Origin: an uncultured cyanobacterium
GTDB taxonomy: Bacteria; Cyanobacteriota; Cyanobacteriia; Cyanobacteriales; Nostocaceae
DNA: 64,000 nt
Reading direction: 5' to 3'
Assembly: GCA_963706595.1 (NCBI GenBank)
Contig: OY970166.1
Span: 5,184,001-5,248,000, forward strand
This document shows, piece by piece, positions 50,409 through 61,677 of the stretch. Below the pieces are notes generated by a model. The model ran no database searches. It had not been told where the DNA came from and was given only the letters and a program-made list of their open reading frames with translations. How positions within the stretch are numbered: the stretch's first letter is position 1; each line of letters starts with the position of its first letter. Both the position numbers and the translations under genes were made by a program.

Positions 50409-51545
50409 GTGGCTAATCAACAAGACATCACCCAATCCCTAACGCGAACCCCCCTATATCAAAGGAGTGCAGAACTCAAAGCCCGCTTTACCAGCTTTGG
50501 TGGTTGGGAAATGCCTGTACAATTTGCTGGTATTAGCAAAGAACACGAAGCCGTGAGAAACGCGGCTGGGATGTTCGATATTTCTCACATGGGCAAATTT
50601 ACCCTCCAAGGTAAACACCTCATTGACCAACTTCAGCGTTTAGTACCTTCGGACTTGAATCGATTGCAACCAGGTCAAGCGCAATACACCGTATTGTTAA
50701 ATCCCCAAGGGGGAATTATTGACGACATCATTGTTTATTATCAAGGTGAAGATGCCACAGGCACACCACAAGCTGTAATTATTGTCAATGCTTCAACCAC
50801 AGCTAAAGATAAAGCATGGTTATTGCAACACCTTGATTTAAATCAGGTGCAATTCCAAGACTTGTCACCAGAAAAAGTGTTAATTGCCGTGCAAGGGACA
50901 AAAGCAGTTAAATATCTCCAGCCCTTAGTAGAATCAGACTTAGAACCAATCAAAGCCTTTGGACACCTCCAAGCGACAATACTGGGTAAACCTGCCTTTA
51001 TTGCCCGCACAGGTTACACCGGCGAAGATGGTTTTGAGGTGATGGTAGATCCAGATGTCGGAATAGCATTGTGGGAAAAACTCCATCAAGCTGGCGTTAC
51101 CCCCTGCGGACTAGGTGCTAGAGATACCCTGAGACTAGAAGCAGCAATGGCACTTTATGGACAAGATATCGACGACACCACCACACCCCTAGAAGCAGGT
51201 TTGAGTTGGCTAGTTCACCTCGATACCAAAGGTGATTTTATCGGGCGAGAAGTTTTAGCACAGCAAAAAGCCGATGGAGTGCAGAAGCGATTAATTGGTT
51301 TACAAATGTCAGGGCGTAATATTGCCCGTCATGGCTACCCAATTATATCAGCAGGTGCAGTTGTGGGAGAAATTACCAGTGGCACATTATCGCCTACATT
51401 GGGTTATCCCATAGCCTTAGCCTACGTTCCGACGACCCTTGCAAAGGTGGGTGAACAGCTATCTGTAGAAATTCGTGGCAAAACTTACCCAGGCGTTGTC
51501 GTCAAACGTCCCTTTTATCGCTCCAAAAATCGTGTCACTAGCTGA
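50409..51545 (+). CDS. gcvT: Glycine cleavage system aminomethyltransferase T
   Basis: FGGWEMPV, FDISHMG, RTGYTGEDGFE, GLGARDTLRLEA. Confidence 0.97.
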   Translation: MANQQDITQSLTRTPLYQRSAELKARFTSFGGWEMPVQFAGISKEHEAVRNAAGMFDISHMGKFTLQGKHLIDQLQRLVPSDLNRLQPGQAQYTVLLNPQGGIIDDIIVYYQGEDATGTPQAVIIVNASTTAKDKAWLLQHLDLNQVQFQDLSPEKVLIAVQGTKAVKYLQPLVESDLEPIKAFGHLQATILGKPAFIARTGYTGEDGFEVMVDPDVGIALWEKLHQAGVTPCGLGARDTLRLEAAMALYGQDIDDTTTPLEAGLSWLVHLDTKGDFIGREVLAQQKADGVQKRLIGLQMSGRNIARHGYPIISAGAVVGEITSGTLSPTLGYPIALAYVPTTLAKVGEQLSVEIRGKTYPGVVVKRPFYRSKNRVTS

Positions 51546-51600
51546 TAATGTGTTTTGAGTTACTTAATCTCAACTATTTTGATATCGAAGGAAAACTGAT

Positions 51601-51990
51601 ATGTCTTTGGAATATCCGCAGGATTTTAGATACCTGGATACTCATGAATACGTGCGGCTAGATGGTGAAATTGGCACCATTGGCATTACTGAATTTGCTG
51701 TAGACCAAATGGGTGATGTCGTATTTTTGGAATTACCTGACATTGGGGAACTTGTTACCAAGGGAGAAAGATTTGGCACTATTGAGTCTGTGAAAGCCGT
51801 TGAAGACCTGAATTCACCAGTCACCGGCACAGTCATAGAACGCAATGAAGCTTTAATTGAATCTCCCGAAGAAGTAGCAGAGGACCCCTATGGAGAAGCT
51901 TGGTTCTTAAAAGTACGTGTCAATGATGCAGATGAAGTCCTGGATGCTTTGACAGCCGATGAGTATCGCGCTTTGGTAGAAGGCGAGTAG
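51601..51990 (+). CDS. gcvH: Glycine cleavage system H protein
   Basis: IESVKAV lipoyl-Lys motif. Confidence 0.97.
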   Translation: MSLEYPQDFRYLDTHEYVRLDGEIGTIGITEFAVDQMGDVVFLELPDIGELVTKGERFGTIESVKAVEDLNSPVTGTVIERNEALIESPEEVAEDPYGEAWFLKVRVNDADEVLDALTADEYRALVEGE

Positions 51991-52125
51991 AAAAGTCAGG
52001 GGGAATAATTTTTAATTTACTCCCCCACTTCAGAATAGACATCTCTCTTGACTCTGTGTTCTCTGTGTCTTCTGTGGTTTGTTTTTCCGGAATTATCCCT
52101 AATTCCTGAGAAAATTTGGTTCAGT

Positions 52126-52227
52126 TATAGCGGCACTTGAATGAAGTACATCATAGCCCCCTCCTCGCTTGCGGGGAGGGGGTTGGGGGTGGGGTTCTTG
52201 TATCTCACTTAAATGATAACCGCTATA
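52126..52227 (-). mobile_element. MITE family A complete copy
   Basis: TATAGCGG...ACCGCTATA ends, between gcvH and gcvP. Confidence 0.8.
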
Positions 52228-52444
52228 TAATTCCAACACTTGTCAAAATCAATTTTTTTTAAACGAACCGCCAAGTACGCCAAGTACGCCAAGTGAAGAA
52301 AGAGAAGGAAGAAATGCTTTGCAAATTGGTTAAACGATTTTGTTCAAAAATCAGCCATAAAATTTAGATGAATTAATCACGGACTCCCACTTGTTACGAA
52401 TATTTGTTGCAAAATATGAAATAGTTACGTTTGGAGTTCAACTT

Positions 52445-55345
52445 GTGGTACATTACCCGCCTCTTCCTAAATCAAGCCATTCACCGATGGTCAGTCAACG
52501 GAGTTTAAAGTCAAGTGGTTTCGCACAACGACACATTGGACCTAAGTCTGATGACATCCAGCAAATGCTTGAGGTTTTGGGTTTACAAAATCTGGACTCA
52601 CTGATTGAGAAAACAGTACCGCAGGGTATTCGGTTGCAAAACACGCTAAAGTTACCAGCAGCGCAAAGTGAGTATGCAGCCCTGGCAAAGTTAAAAAAAA
52701 TTGCTGCTAAAAATCAAGTATGCCGTTCATATATCGGTACGGGATATTACGACTGTATCACCCCGCCAGTAATTCAACGCAATATTTTGGAAAATCCTGG
52801 TTGGTATACAGCCTATACTCCCTATCAGCCAGAAATTGCCCAAGGAAGACTGGAAGCGCTGCTGAATTTCCAGACGATGATTATCGACCTCACAGGGTTG
52901 GAAATTGCTAATGCTTCCTTACTTGATGAAGCGACAGCAGCAGCCGAAGCTATGAGTCTCAGTTATGGTGTGTGCAAAAATCAGGCAAATGCTTATTTTG
53001 TCTCGGAGAATTGCCATCCCCAAACTATCGATGTTTTGCAAACCAGGGCTAAACCTTTGGGGATTAAGATCATTATCGGTGATCATCAGACTTATGATTT
53101 TGCTGAACCAATTTTTGGGGCTGTTCTGCAATATCCCGCCAGTGATGGCACGATTTACGACTACCGCGCTTTTATTGAAAAAGCCCATGCTGAGGGTGCA
53201 TTGGTGACGGTAGCCGCAGATCCTTTAAGTTTAACTTTACTGACACCACCAGGAGAATTTGGGGCTGATATTGCTGTGGGAAGTACCCAGCGCTTCGGTA
53301 TTCCGTTGGGGTTTGGGGGACCTCATGCGGCTTACTTTGCGACGAAAGAACAGTATAAACGGCAAGTTCCAGGGCGAATTGTAGGAGTATCAAAAGATGC
53401 TCAAGGTAAGCCCGCTTTACGTTTGGCTTTGCAAACCCGTGAACAGCACATCCGCCGGGAAAAAGCCACGAGTAATATCTGTACTGCACAGGTGTTATTG
53501 GCAGTGATGGCGAGTATGTACGCTGTATATCATGGCTCTGATGGTATCAGGAATATTGCTGAAAATATTCACCAGTTAACTGTAATTTTGGCAGCAGGAT
53601 TGAAGCGACTTGGTTACAGCATTAGTTCTGAACATTTCTTTGATACGCTGCGAGTGGATTTAGGTACAAACTCTGTAAAAGGTATTCTGGAAGCTTGTCA
53701 AGGGCGAAATATTAATCTGCGGATTTTTGATGGGACATCTGTGGGTATTTCCTTAGATGAAACTACTACAGTAGAAGATTTAATAGACCTCTGGCAGATT
53801 TTTGCCGGTACAGATAATCTTCCCTTTACTATAGAAGAATTATCTCCATCTTCTCACGTACTCTTACCCCGTACCAGTACCTATCTGACTCATCCGGTTT
53901 TCAATCGCTATCACTCAGAAACTGAGTTGTTGCGTTATCTGCATCAGCTAGAAACTAAGGATTTATCTTTAACGACATCGATGATTCCTTTGGGTTCCTG
54001 CACAATGAAGTTAAATGCAACGGCTGAGATGATTCCGGTTTCTTGGGAGGAATTTGGCAAGATTCATCCGTTTGCGCCACCATCCCAAACACGGGGTTAT
54101 CAAATTCTGTTCCAGCAACTTGAGGCTTGGTTGGCTGAAATTACGGGATTTGCGGGAATTTCTCTACAACCTAATGCTGGTTCTCAAGGTGAATACACAG
54201 GACTTTTAGTGATTCGTCAATATCACGAAACTCGTGGGGAAGGACATCGGAATATTTGTTTGATTCCGGAGTCAGCACATGGAACTAATCCAGCTAGTGC
54301 GGTGATGTGCGGGATGAAGGTGGTTGCAGTTGCTTGTGATACATCTGGTAATATTGATGTGGATGACTTGAAAGCAAAAGCAGAAAAACACAGTCAGCAA
54401 CTGGCGGCTTTAATGGTGACTTATCCTTCAACTCACGGTGTGTTTGAGGAAGGAATTCAGGAAATCTGTGCTGTTGTGCATGGTCACGGTGGACAAGTTT
54501 ATATGGATGGGGCTAATATGAATGCCCAAGTGGGTATTTGTCGTCCTGGCGATATTGGCGCAGATGTCTGTCATTTAAATCTGCACAAGACTTTTTGTAT
54601 TCCTCATGGTGGTGGTGGCCCTGGTATGGGACCGATTGGTGTGGCTGCACATCTTGTACCTTTCCTTCCTGGACACCCTGTTGTACCTACCACTGGGCAT
54701 TCTCAAATTGGGGCGATGGCAGCTGCGCCTTGGGGTAGTGCTAGTATTTTAGTGATTTCCTGGATGTACATTGCCATGATGGGGGCTGAGGGTTTGACTC
54801 ATGCAACTAAGGTGGCAATTCTCAATGCTAATTATATCGCCCACAGACTCAGTAATTACTATCCGGTGCTGTATAAGGGGAAAAATGATTTAGTTGCCCA
54901 TGAGTGTATTTTAGATTTAAGGTTACTCAAAAAATCTGCGAGTATCGAAATCGATGATATTGCCAAGCGGCTGATAGATTATGGTTTCCATGCGCCGACT
55001 GTTTCTTGGCCTGTGGCGGGTACGATTATGGTGGAACCGACGGAAAGTGAGTCTAAGGAGGAGTTAGACCGTTTCTGTGAGGCGTTGATTGCTATTCGTG
55101 GGGAAATCTCGGCAATTGAATCTGGGAAGATGGATATTCAAGATAATCTTTTGAAGAATGCACCTCATACTGCCCAAAGTTTGATTGTGGGTGAATGGAA
55201 TCACGGCTATTCTCGTGAACAAGCTGCTTACCCTGCGCTTTGGACGCGTGAATATAAGTTCTGGCCGAGTGTGGGGAGAGTTGATGCGGCTTTTGGCGAT
55301 CGCAATTTTGTTTGTTCTTGTCTACCAATGGAGGCTTATCAGTAA
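52445..55345 (+). CDS. gcvP: Glycine dehydrogenase (P protein)
   Basis: [27 protein letters not shown]; start set at GTG 52445 after GGAG (track ORF opens at 52391). Confidence 0.97.
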   Translation: MVHYPPLPKSSHSPMVSQRSLKSSGFAQRHIGPKSDDIQQMLEVLGLQNLDSLIEKTVPQGIRLQNTLKLPAAQSEYAALAKLKKIAAKNQVCRSYIGTGYYDCITPPVIQRNILENPGWYTAYTPYQPEIAQGRLEALLNFQTMIIDLTGLEIANASLLDEATAAAEAMSLSYGVCKNQANAYFVSENCHPQTIDVLQTRAKPLGIKIIIGDHQTYDFAEPIFGAVLQYPASDGTIYDYRAFIEKAHAEGALVTVAADPLSLTLLTPPGEFGADIAVGSTQRFGIPLGFGGPHAAYFATKEQYKRQVPGRIVGVSKDAQGKPALRLALQTREQHIRREKATSNICTAQVLLAVMASMYAVYHGSDGIRNIAENIHQLTVILAAGLKRLGYSISSEHFFDTLRVDLGTNSVKGILEACQGRNINLRIFDGTSVGISLDETTTVEDLIDLWQIFAGTDNLPFTIEELSPSSHVLLPRTSTYLTHPVFNRYHSETELLRYLHQLETKDLSLTTSMIPLGSCTMKLNATAEMIPVSWEEFGKIHPFAPPSQTRGYQILFQQLEAWLAEITGFAGISLQPNAGSQGEYTGLLVIRQYHETRGEGHRNICLIPESAHGTNPASAVMCGMKVVAVACDTSGNIDVDDLKAKAEKHSQQLAALMVTYPSTHGVFEEGIQEICAVVHGHGGQVYMDGANMNAQVGICRPGDIGADVCHLNLHKTFCIPHGGGGPGMGPIGVAAHLVPFLPGHPVVPTTGHSQIGAMAAAPWGSASILVISWMYIAMMGAEGLTHATKVAILNANYIAHRLSNYYPVLYKGKNDLVAHECILDLRLLKKSASIEIDDIAKRLIDYGFHAPTVSWPVAGTIMVEPTESESKEELDRFCEALIAIRGEISAIESGKMDIQDNLLKNAPHTAQSLIVGEWNHGYSREQAAYPALWTREYKFWPSVGRVDAAFGDRNFVCSCLPMEAYQ

Positions 55346-55362
55346 TTTATTACTGATTTAAG

Positions 55363-55402
55363 AACCTCACCCCCAACCCCTCTCCTTGGTAAGGAGAGGG
55401 GA
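55363..55402. repeat. CCCCTCTCCTT-N-AAGGAGAGGGG hairpin repeat (terminator-like)
   Basis: Related copies at about 49716-49770 and 58801-58865, each just after a gene end. Confidence 0.65.
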
Positions 55403-55446
55403 GTTTTTTATCGAACCGCAGAGACGCAGAGGACACAGAGGAAGAG

Positions 55447-56337
55447 CTAATTTTTTTGAATTTGTTCTAGTTCTGTTTTTATGGGTAGGGGTTGATACCC
55501 TAATGCAAAGGCTTTGGTACTATCTAAGGATACATCTTTTGGTCTTGGTGCTGCCATTTTTACGTCTTGCTGTTGGCAACTTTTGAGTCCGGTTTCTGGG
55601 AGTTGGAATACTTCTATTAGTAGTTTTCCGAAATCGTAACGCGAAATTCTCTCTTTTCCTCCCAGGTGAATGTAGCCGTTGATTTTTTCTAATGCTAATA
55701 AGATGCCTTTGGCGGCTGTGATTCCACTGGCTGGGGTGCGAAATTCATCTGTGAATAATTTTAATTCTTTGCCCTCTTTTAAGGTTTGGATAAATGGTTG
55801 GATAAAGCTTTTAGCTGTGGGTGTTTCTCTGCCAAACATTAAGGGCATTCGACATATTGCTGTCATGGGATATCGTTCTAACATTCCTGTTTCTGCCATG
55901 ACTTTTTGTTCACCGTAAGTATTGACAGGAGATACAGAATCTGTTTCTTTATAAGGTGCATTTAAACCATCAAAAACTAGGTCGGTTGATGTGAAGGCGC
56001 AAGGTATGGCGTAATCTGCACAAAGTCCGGCAATATTACAGGATGCGGTGACATTAATTGTCTGGGATTCTTGGGGATGGGTTTGACAATAGTTCGGTTG
56101 CGATCGCGCGGCTGTATGAATGACTGCATTGGGACTGATATCATTGAAGAGGCGCTTTAAGGCTGAAAAATCTGTTAAGTCTACTGGCAGTATTTTGATT
56201 CCTGGTAATTCTAGAGAATTGGTGCAATAAGTACCATAAACTTCCCATTCTTGTTTTGCTAGTTGGCAAAGATGCCATCCTAAAAAACCACTAGCTCCGG
56301 TGATTAAGATTTTTTTCATTAATGGAGTATGATCCAC
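55447..56337 (-). CDS. RfbD-like NAD(P)-dependent sugar-nucleotide reductase (SDR)
   Basis: ITGASGFLG, STDLVFDG, YGEQK, APRP.DVSL. Confidence 0.88.
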   Translation of the reverse strand: MDHTPLMKKILITGASGFLGWHLCQLAKQEWEVYGTYCTNSLELPGIKILPVDLTDFSALKRLFNDISPNAVIHTAARSQPNYCQTHPQESQTINVTASCNIAGLCADYAIPCAFTSTDLVFDGLNAPYKETDSVSPVNTYGEQKVMAETGMLERYPMTAICRMPLMFGRETPTAKSFIQPFIQTLKEGKELKLFTDEFRTPASGITAAKGILLALEKINGYIHLGGKERISRYDFGKLLIEVFQLPETGLKSCQQQDVKMAAPRPKDVSLDSTKAFALGYQPLPIKTELEQIQKN

Positions 56338-56347
56338 TCTACAATGA

Positions 56348-57091
56348 TTACTGAATTATTTTTTTAAACTGTTCATAATTACGCACTTTATCAAAGTCTG
56401 GGTCAGTTTTGGCTAACTCTTCATACTTGCCAGGAATCAACTCTATGGCTTTTTGCAGATTCTCAATTGCTAAATCAATTTTTTCTTGTAAGGCATAAGC
56501 ACAGGCTTTATTATAATAGGCTTGATGCTTGTTGGGCTGAAGTGCGATCGCCTGATTATAAGATACTAATGCTTCTGGGTATTTTTGCATTTTTGTCAGG
56601 ACAATCCCACGATTAATCCAGGCTTCATGTTTTTTTGGCTGGAGGGCGATCGCTCGATCGTAAGATGATAGTGCTTCTAAGTGTTTTTGCAATGCTGTTA
56701 AGGCATTCCCCCGGTTATACCAAGCTTCATCTTTATCGGGTTGCAGTGCGATCGCCTGATCGTAAGATGCTAATGCTTTTTCGTATTGCTGCAATGATAT
56801 CAGCGCATTGCCACGATTGATCCAAGTGTCAGGTTTCTTCGGTTGGAGGGCGATCGCTTTGTCATATACTTGAAGAGCATCTTGGTAGCGTTGCGTGTCT
56901 AGTAAACTATTACCTTGATCAAATAAATTTTGCGCTTTTTGGGTAGCTTGAGCTTCTGTGATTAGCTGGGCAACATTAATCTCCTGTACTACTTGCGTAG
57001 CATATTTTGTTGATGATCCTGTCCCATCACCACAGCCAAAGGTGAATAAACTAATCACACTAGAGGCAACTAAGCAACGCCAGAAAACCAT
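56348..57091 (-). CDS. TPR lipoprotein
   Basis: Lipobox-like FTFGC, TPR units (AW.NRGNAL), C-terminal YNKACAYA...DPDFD. Confidence 0.85.
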   Translation of the reverse strand: MVFWRCLVASSVISLFTFGCGDGTGSSTKYATQVVQEINVAQLITEAQATQKAQNLFDQGNSLLDTQRYQDALQVYDKAIALQPKKPDTWINRGNALISLQQYEKALASYDQAIALQPDKDEAWYNRGNALTALQKHLEALSSYDRAIALQPKKHEAWINRGIVLTKMQKYPEALVSYNQAIALQPNKHQAYYNKACAYALQEKIDLAIENLQKAIELIPGKYEELAKTDPDFDKVRNYEQFKKIIQ

Positions 57092-57335
57092 GCTATACCT
57101 ACACAATTCATACAACAATGTTCAAACATCTTGAAGTTTTTTAATATTACCAAAAAACACTTGATTGTTTAATTAAGTTTTTCTTATGTGCTAAATTAAC
57201 TCTGCTCACTTGGGGATATTTTGCTCATAAGTAGGCTGTGACAATCATGTTTAAATGGAATATAACTATATTAAAAACCGTCAAAATCTTGTTATAAATA
57301 TTAGATTTACTGATATTTTGCCTTGTAGAGACGCG

Positions 57336-57406
57336 ATTCATCGCGTCTAATTTCTATTCATCGCGTCTAATTTCTATTCATCGCGTCTAATTTCTATTCA
57401 TCGCGT
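57336..57406. repeat. 20-bp tandem repeat (ATTCATCGCGTCTAATTTCT) x3.5
   Basis: Exact copies extending from the palindrome AGACGCGATTCATCGCGTCT. Confidence 0.85.
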
Positions 57407-57447
57407 ATATCAGCGATAGCTTGTGTGGCATAGCCATAGAATTAATC

Positions 57448-58784
57448 ATGACTGAACCTAACCCACCCCATGCACCAAATCCAGAACCTTTACCAGCAGA
57501 CGATTTTGACAGTGGTACAGATGAAAATCACCTAACCCCAGAAGCATTAGCTGCACAAGAATCTTTAGCGAAAATTGCGTCTTTGCAATCTCCGCAAAAT
57601 AGAGATGCTTTGCAACAAGCCCGTTCCCAAATTCAGGAATACACTATTAGTCAATTCACAGTCAAGCCGAGGGCATTACTATTTACTCTAGCCGCGATCG
57701 CCATCACTTTTTTGGGACTGGTAATCAATAATTGGCTGATCGGCATCTTGGGAACACTGATAAGTTTAGTATTATCTCTGACAATGTTATTACCTTGGTG
57801 GCAATATGTGCTGCAAAAGTGGTTTTCGTCCCAAGATAGAACCCTGTTTGTCGCCTTTATTGGGCTTGTCGTCGGGATAATCGGCTTATTCAAGTTTACT
57901 GGCTTAGGCGATCGCCTGCTGATTTGGGGAAAGCAAATTAGCTGGGAAGCTTCAGGTAGTTTAGCTGAATGGTTTGGGGCTTTGGGGCAAATTCTGATTG
58001 CGATTATTGCCGTTTATGTCGCATGGCGACAATATGTGATTTCCAAAGACTTGACAATTCAGCAAAACTTGCTCACAGTGCAGCAAAATATTATTACCCA
58101 GCAGCAAACCATAGATTCCTATTTTCAAGGTGTCTCAGATTTGGTATTAGATGAAGAAGGATTATTAGAAGATTGGCCGCAAGAACGGGCGATCGCCGAA
58201 GGCCGGACCGCAGCTATATTTAGTAGTGTAGATGGCAGTGGTAAAGCCAAAATTATCCGTTTTCTTTCCCGTTCCAAATTACTCACACCCTCTAAAGCGC
58301 GATCGCCGCTTAGGAAGAGCCATTCTCGACGGTATGGGGGGTTACGAAGAAGACCGCCTAGATGGTGTCCGCGTCATCGATTTAGGCGTGATGTTAGCCG
58401 CCGCAGACCTTTCTAGTAACGATTTACGTTGGACTGACTTGAGTGAAGCTAATCTGGTGCGTGGTAATCTCAGCAATTGTGATTTAGTCAAAGCTAATCT
58501 CGCCCGCACCATCTTATACTAGTGCTAATCTCAGTGGTGCTGATTTAAATGGAACTCGTTTCTTCTATGGTTCACTAAAAACAGCATCACCCCGTAGCCG
58601 CAACGAACCACCAAACTACGAAACTGGTGAATACACTGGCGCTGTGGTGGAAAATGCCGATTTTACCAATGTCCAGCGTCTACCTGAGATGACTCGTCAC
58701 TACTGTTGTGCGTGGGGTGGGGAAAAAACTAGAGCGACTATCCCCGGTGGTTGCGAAGGTATTACCAATCAGTTAGGACGGTGA
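57448..58784 (+). pseudogene. Membrane pentapeptide-repeat protein with two +1 frameshifts (pseudogene or assembly errors)
   Basis: Correcting near 58288 gives LLTPLKRDRRLGRAILDG...ADLSSNDLRWTDLSEANL; correcting near 58520 gives SANLSGADLNGTR...GCEGITNQLGR* at 58784. Confidence 0.8.
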
Positions 58785-58893
58785 AAGAACTTTTAAAGTC
58801 TCCCCTCTCCTTGCTTTCGCGTAGCGTCTCCCTTTGGGAGAAGGAGAGGGGTTGGGGGTGAGGTTGGTGTATTTTATTTTAAATCCCCATTCC

Positions 58894-59661
58894 TCAGCAC
58901 TCAGCAAGGGTCAATATTTCTACGCCATCTTCTGTTACAGCTAAAGTATGTTCACATTGGGCTGACAGTTGGCGATCGCGAGTTACCGCAGTCCAACCAT
59001 CAGCGAGAACCTCAACTTCCCAAGTCCCAATGTTAATCATCGGCTCAATAGTGAACACCATTCCTGGTCTGAGACGCTTGCCTTTGCCTCGTGTACCATA
59101 ATGGGGAATATCGGGCGCAGTGTGGAAAATATTGCTGATACCGTGTCCTACAAAGTCACGCACCACAGAAAAGCCCTGGGCTTCGGCATATTCTTGAATG
59201 GCTGCACCAATATCACCAATTTTTGCCCCCGGCTTGACTTCAGCAATACCCAAGCGGCGACATTCTTCGGTGACTTCTACCAACTTTTGGGCTTTTGCGG
59301 AAGGAGTACCAACTAAAAATGTCTTGGATGTATCGCCGTGGTAGCCATCAACAATCAATGTGACATCGATATTGATAATGTCTCCATCCTTGAGAATTTG
59401 TCTGGCGTTAGGAATACCATGACAAACTACCTCATTCACACTGGTACAAATTGACTTGGGATAACCTTTGTAACCCAGAGGTGCGCTTTTGGCTCCGTGA
59501 GCTTGTGTCCAACGTTCAGCTTCATCATTCAGTTGGAGTGTGGTAACTCCCGGCTTGACCATTGGTTCTAGGTGCTGTAAAAGTTGCCCCGCCAAGCGTC
59601 CTACTTGACGCATTTTTTCGAGTTCTCGTGTAGATAAAATGACAATTGGTTCGGTTTTCAT
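58894..59661 (-). CDS. map: Type I methionine aminopeptidase
   Basis: CHGIP, NIDVT...GDTS, GHGI, TIEPMIN, EHT. Confidence 0.96.
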   Translation of the reverse strand: MKTEPIVILSTRELEKMRQVGRLAGQLLQHLEPMVKPGVTTLQLNDEAERWTQAHGAKSAPLGYKGYPKSICTSVNEVVCHGIPNARQILKDGDIINIDVTLIVDGYHGDTSKTFLVGTPSAKAQKLVEVTEECRRLGIAEVKPGAKIGDIGAAIQEYAEAQGFSVVRDFVGHGISNIFHTAPDIPHYGTRGKGKRLRPGMVFTIEPMINIGTWEVEVLADGWTAVTRDRQLSAQCEHTLAVTEDGVEILTLAEC

Positions 59662-60701
59662 AAACTTTCGGCGGCGGAATCTCTCATAAATATAGTTAAA
59701 CCTGTCTGTGCAGCTCTGTGGGCAGCATCAGCAACCTTGAGGGTATATAAACTTGATTCTGGGGTGACGTACAAAGGAGTACCATCAAACAGATGATCTA
59801 AGACCATAGTTGTATCTTTAGCAAATAAACCTCGACGAGTACCAACCTCTATTGGTGTTGTTTCCCCGGACTGAATCAAAAATCCTCCGTCGCTATCAAA
59901 AATTAAACCACCCTTTTCGCCATGCACTTCAAATTTGCGTTCTGGTTGCCAAAGGGTTTCGCCTTTGCCATAAACTACTTGTGCTAACAGTCCATTTTCA
60001 AAGCAAAGTTGACTGTTACAGAAACAAGTTTGGTAATAATCCGGTTCTGTTTTCCAATATCGCTGATGACAGTTAACTGTCAAGACTTGACCAAATAAAT
60101 CGGTGAGACGATGTAATCGCGACAGCGCCCCAATTAAAGGAAAACCAAACAGTTGATCATTATAAGTCCACTTCCGGGGTGCGGGATGCTGAGGATTGAT
60201 GGTGCTGTAGCGAACATAAAAAATATCTCCGATTTTTTCGATGTTCTGCTTCAAGGCTTGATGTAAGCCTCCCAAAAGTTCGATGTGTTCAACGTGTAAC
60301 AGTTTATTTTGGGCTTTGGCTAAGGCGATTAATTCCTCAGCTTCAGTGACATCTACTGACAAGGGATATTCGACAATTACGTGTTTACCCTGTAAAAGTG
60401 CCGCACGAGCGATCGCCCCATGATCGCGGTTAATTGTGGAAATCACCACCAAATCAATATCTTCGCGCTCTACTAATTTTTCCCAGGATAACGCTTCTGT
60501 CTGGTATTCATGGGCAAAGGCTGCTATATGTTGTGGCTGATGACCTGCGATCGCTACTAAATTTGTACGCTGATCACTCACCAAAGCCTCAGCCCGTAGT
60601 TTCGCCGCATATCCAGTCCCAATCAAGCCTACACGCACTTTTGCTGTTTCCAAAGCTGCCTCTGAATTATACATGATCCTGACCAGTTCAGTTTTTGACA
60701 T
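59658..60701 (-). CDS. bvdR: Gfo/Idh/MocA oxidoreductase, biliverdin reductase type
   Basis: GTGYAA Rossmann motif, VEYP and HVEHIELLGG signature, GALSR. Confidence 0.8.
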   Translation of the reverse strand: MSKTELVRIMYNSEAALETAKVRVGLIGTGYAAKLRAEALVSDQRTNLVAIAGHQPQHIAAFAHEYQTEALSWEKLVEREDIDLVVISTINRDHGAIARAALLQGKHVIVEYPLSVDVTEAEELIALAKAQNKLLHVEHIELLGGLHQALKQNIEKIGDIFYVRYSTINPQHPAPRKWTYNDQLFGFPLIGALSRLHRLTDLFGQVLTVNCHQRYWKTEPDYYQTCFCNSQLCFENGLLAQVVYGKGETLWQPERKFEVHGEKGGLIFDSDGGFLIQSGETTPIEVGTRRGLFAKDTTMVLDHLFDGTPLYVTPESSLYTLKVADAAHRAAQTGLTIFMRDSAAESL

Positions 60702-60929
60702 TCCACGCTTACAATAGGCGAAATTCTGGGTTTATACTCAAGACTGTGTATATATAAAATAAACTTATAATTATCTACTAACTCAACTTCATTACTAATC
60801 GGGGTCGATTTCCAGTTAAAAGCTGTAATTTTTCTCGTAGTATCAGAAGTGAAGCAATTAGAAAGTACCGGTTAACCTCATAAAGAAAGCCCTATGCTTT
60901 GCTTCAGAATAACTTATACTGCCGTTTGA

Positions 60930-61247
<318 letters not shown>

Positions 61248-61412
61248 GAGTTCACTATCTAAATCAACAATCTCTTTCTGGCAAGAGTTAATACTGATGT
61301 AGCAGGGGTGTAAAGCCTTGCCCCCCTGCTGGAGTTAGAAAAACCGGGTTTTTGTCCCTGGGAAGACCAAATTTTCCCCGTGCCAATTCGCAAAAACCCG
61401 GTTTCTGATATT

Positions 61413-61674
61413 TATAGCAACCGCCAAGAAGGTTAAGACATAAACGGATAATCAAACTTACACACCAAAAGGGTTTTAACCCACTCCCCAGAAGAAGCAG
61501 GGGAGCAGGGCGCACCGGAGTAGGGGGGAGTAAGAAATTATTTTAAACTTGCGGTTACTTAACAAAGATTCTTCTTCTCCCCTGCCCCCTGCCCCTTTTC
61601 CTCTACTCCCCACTCCCCACTCCCCACTCCCCACTCCCCACTCCCCACTCCCCACTCCCTACTCCCCAGCTATA
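61413..61674 (+). repeat. Composite STRR-bearing element, copy 1
   Basis: TATAGCAACCGCCAAG.AGGTTAAGACATAA...GGGCGCACCGGAGTAGGGGG...(CCCCACT)n...CCAGCTATA. Confidence 0.75.
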
Positions 61675-61677
61675 ATT

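Noticed and set aside
57336..57406. Possible CRISPR array
   Set aside because: Units are directly tandem and identical with no unique spacers; no cas genes nearby
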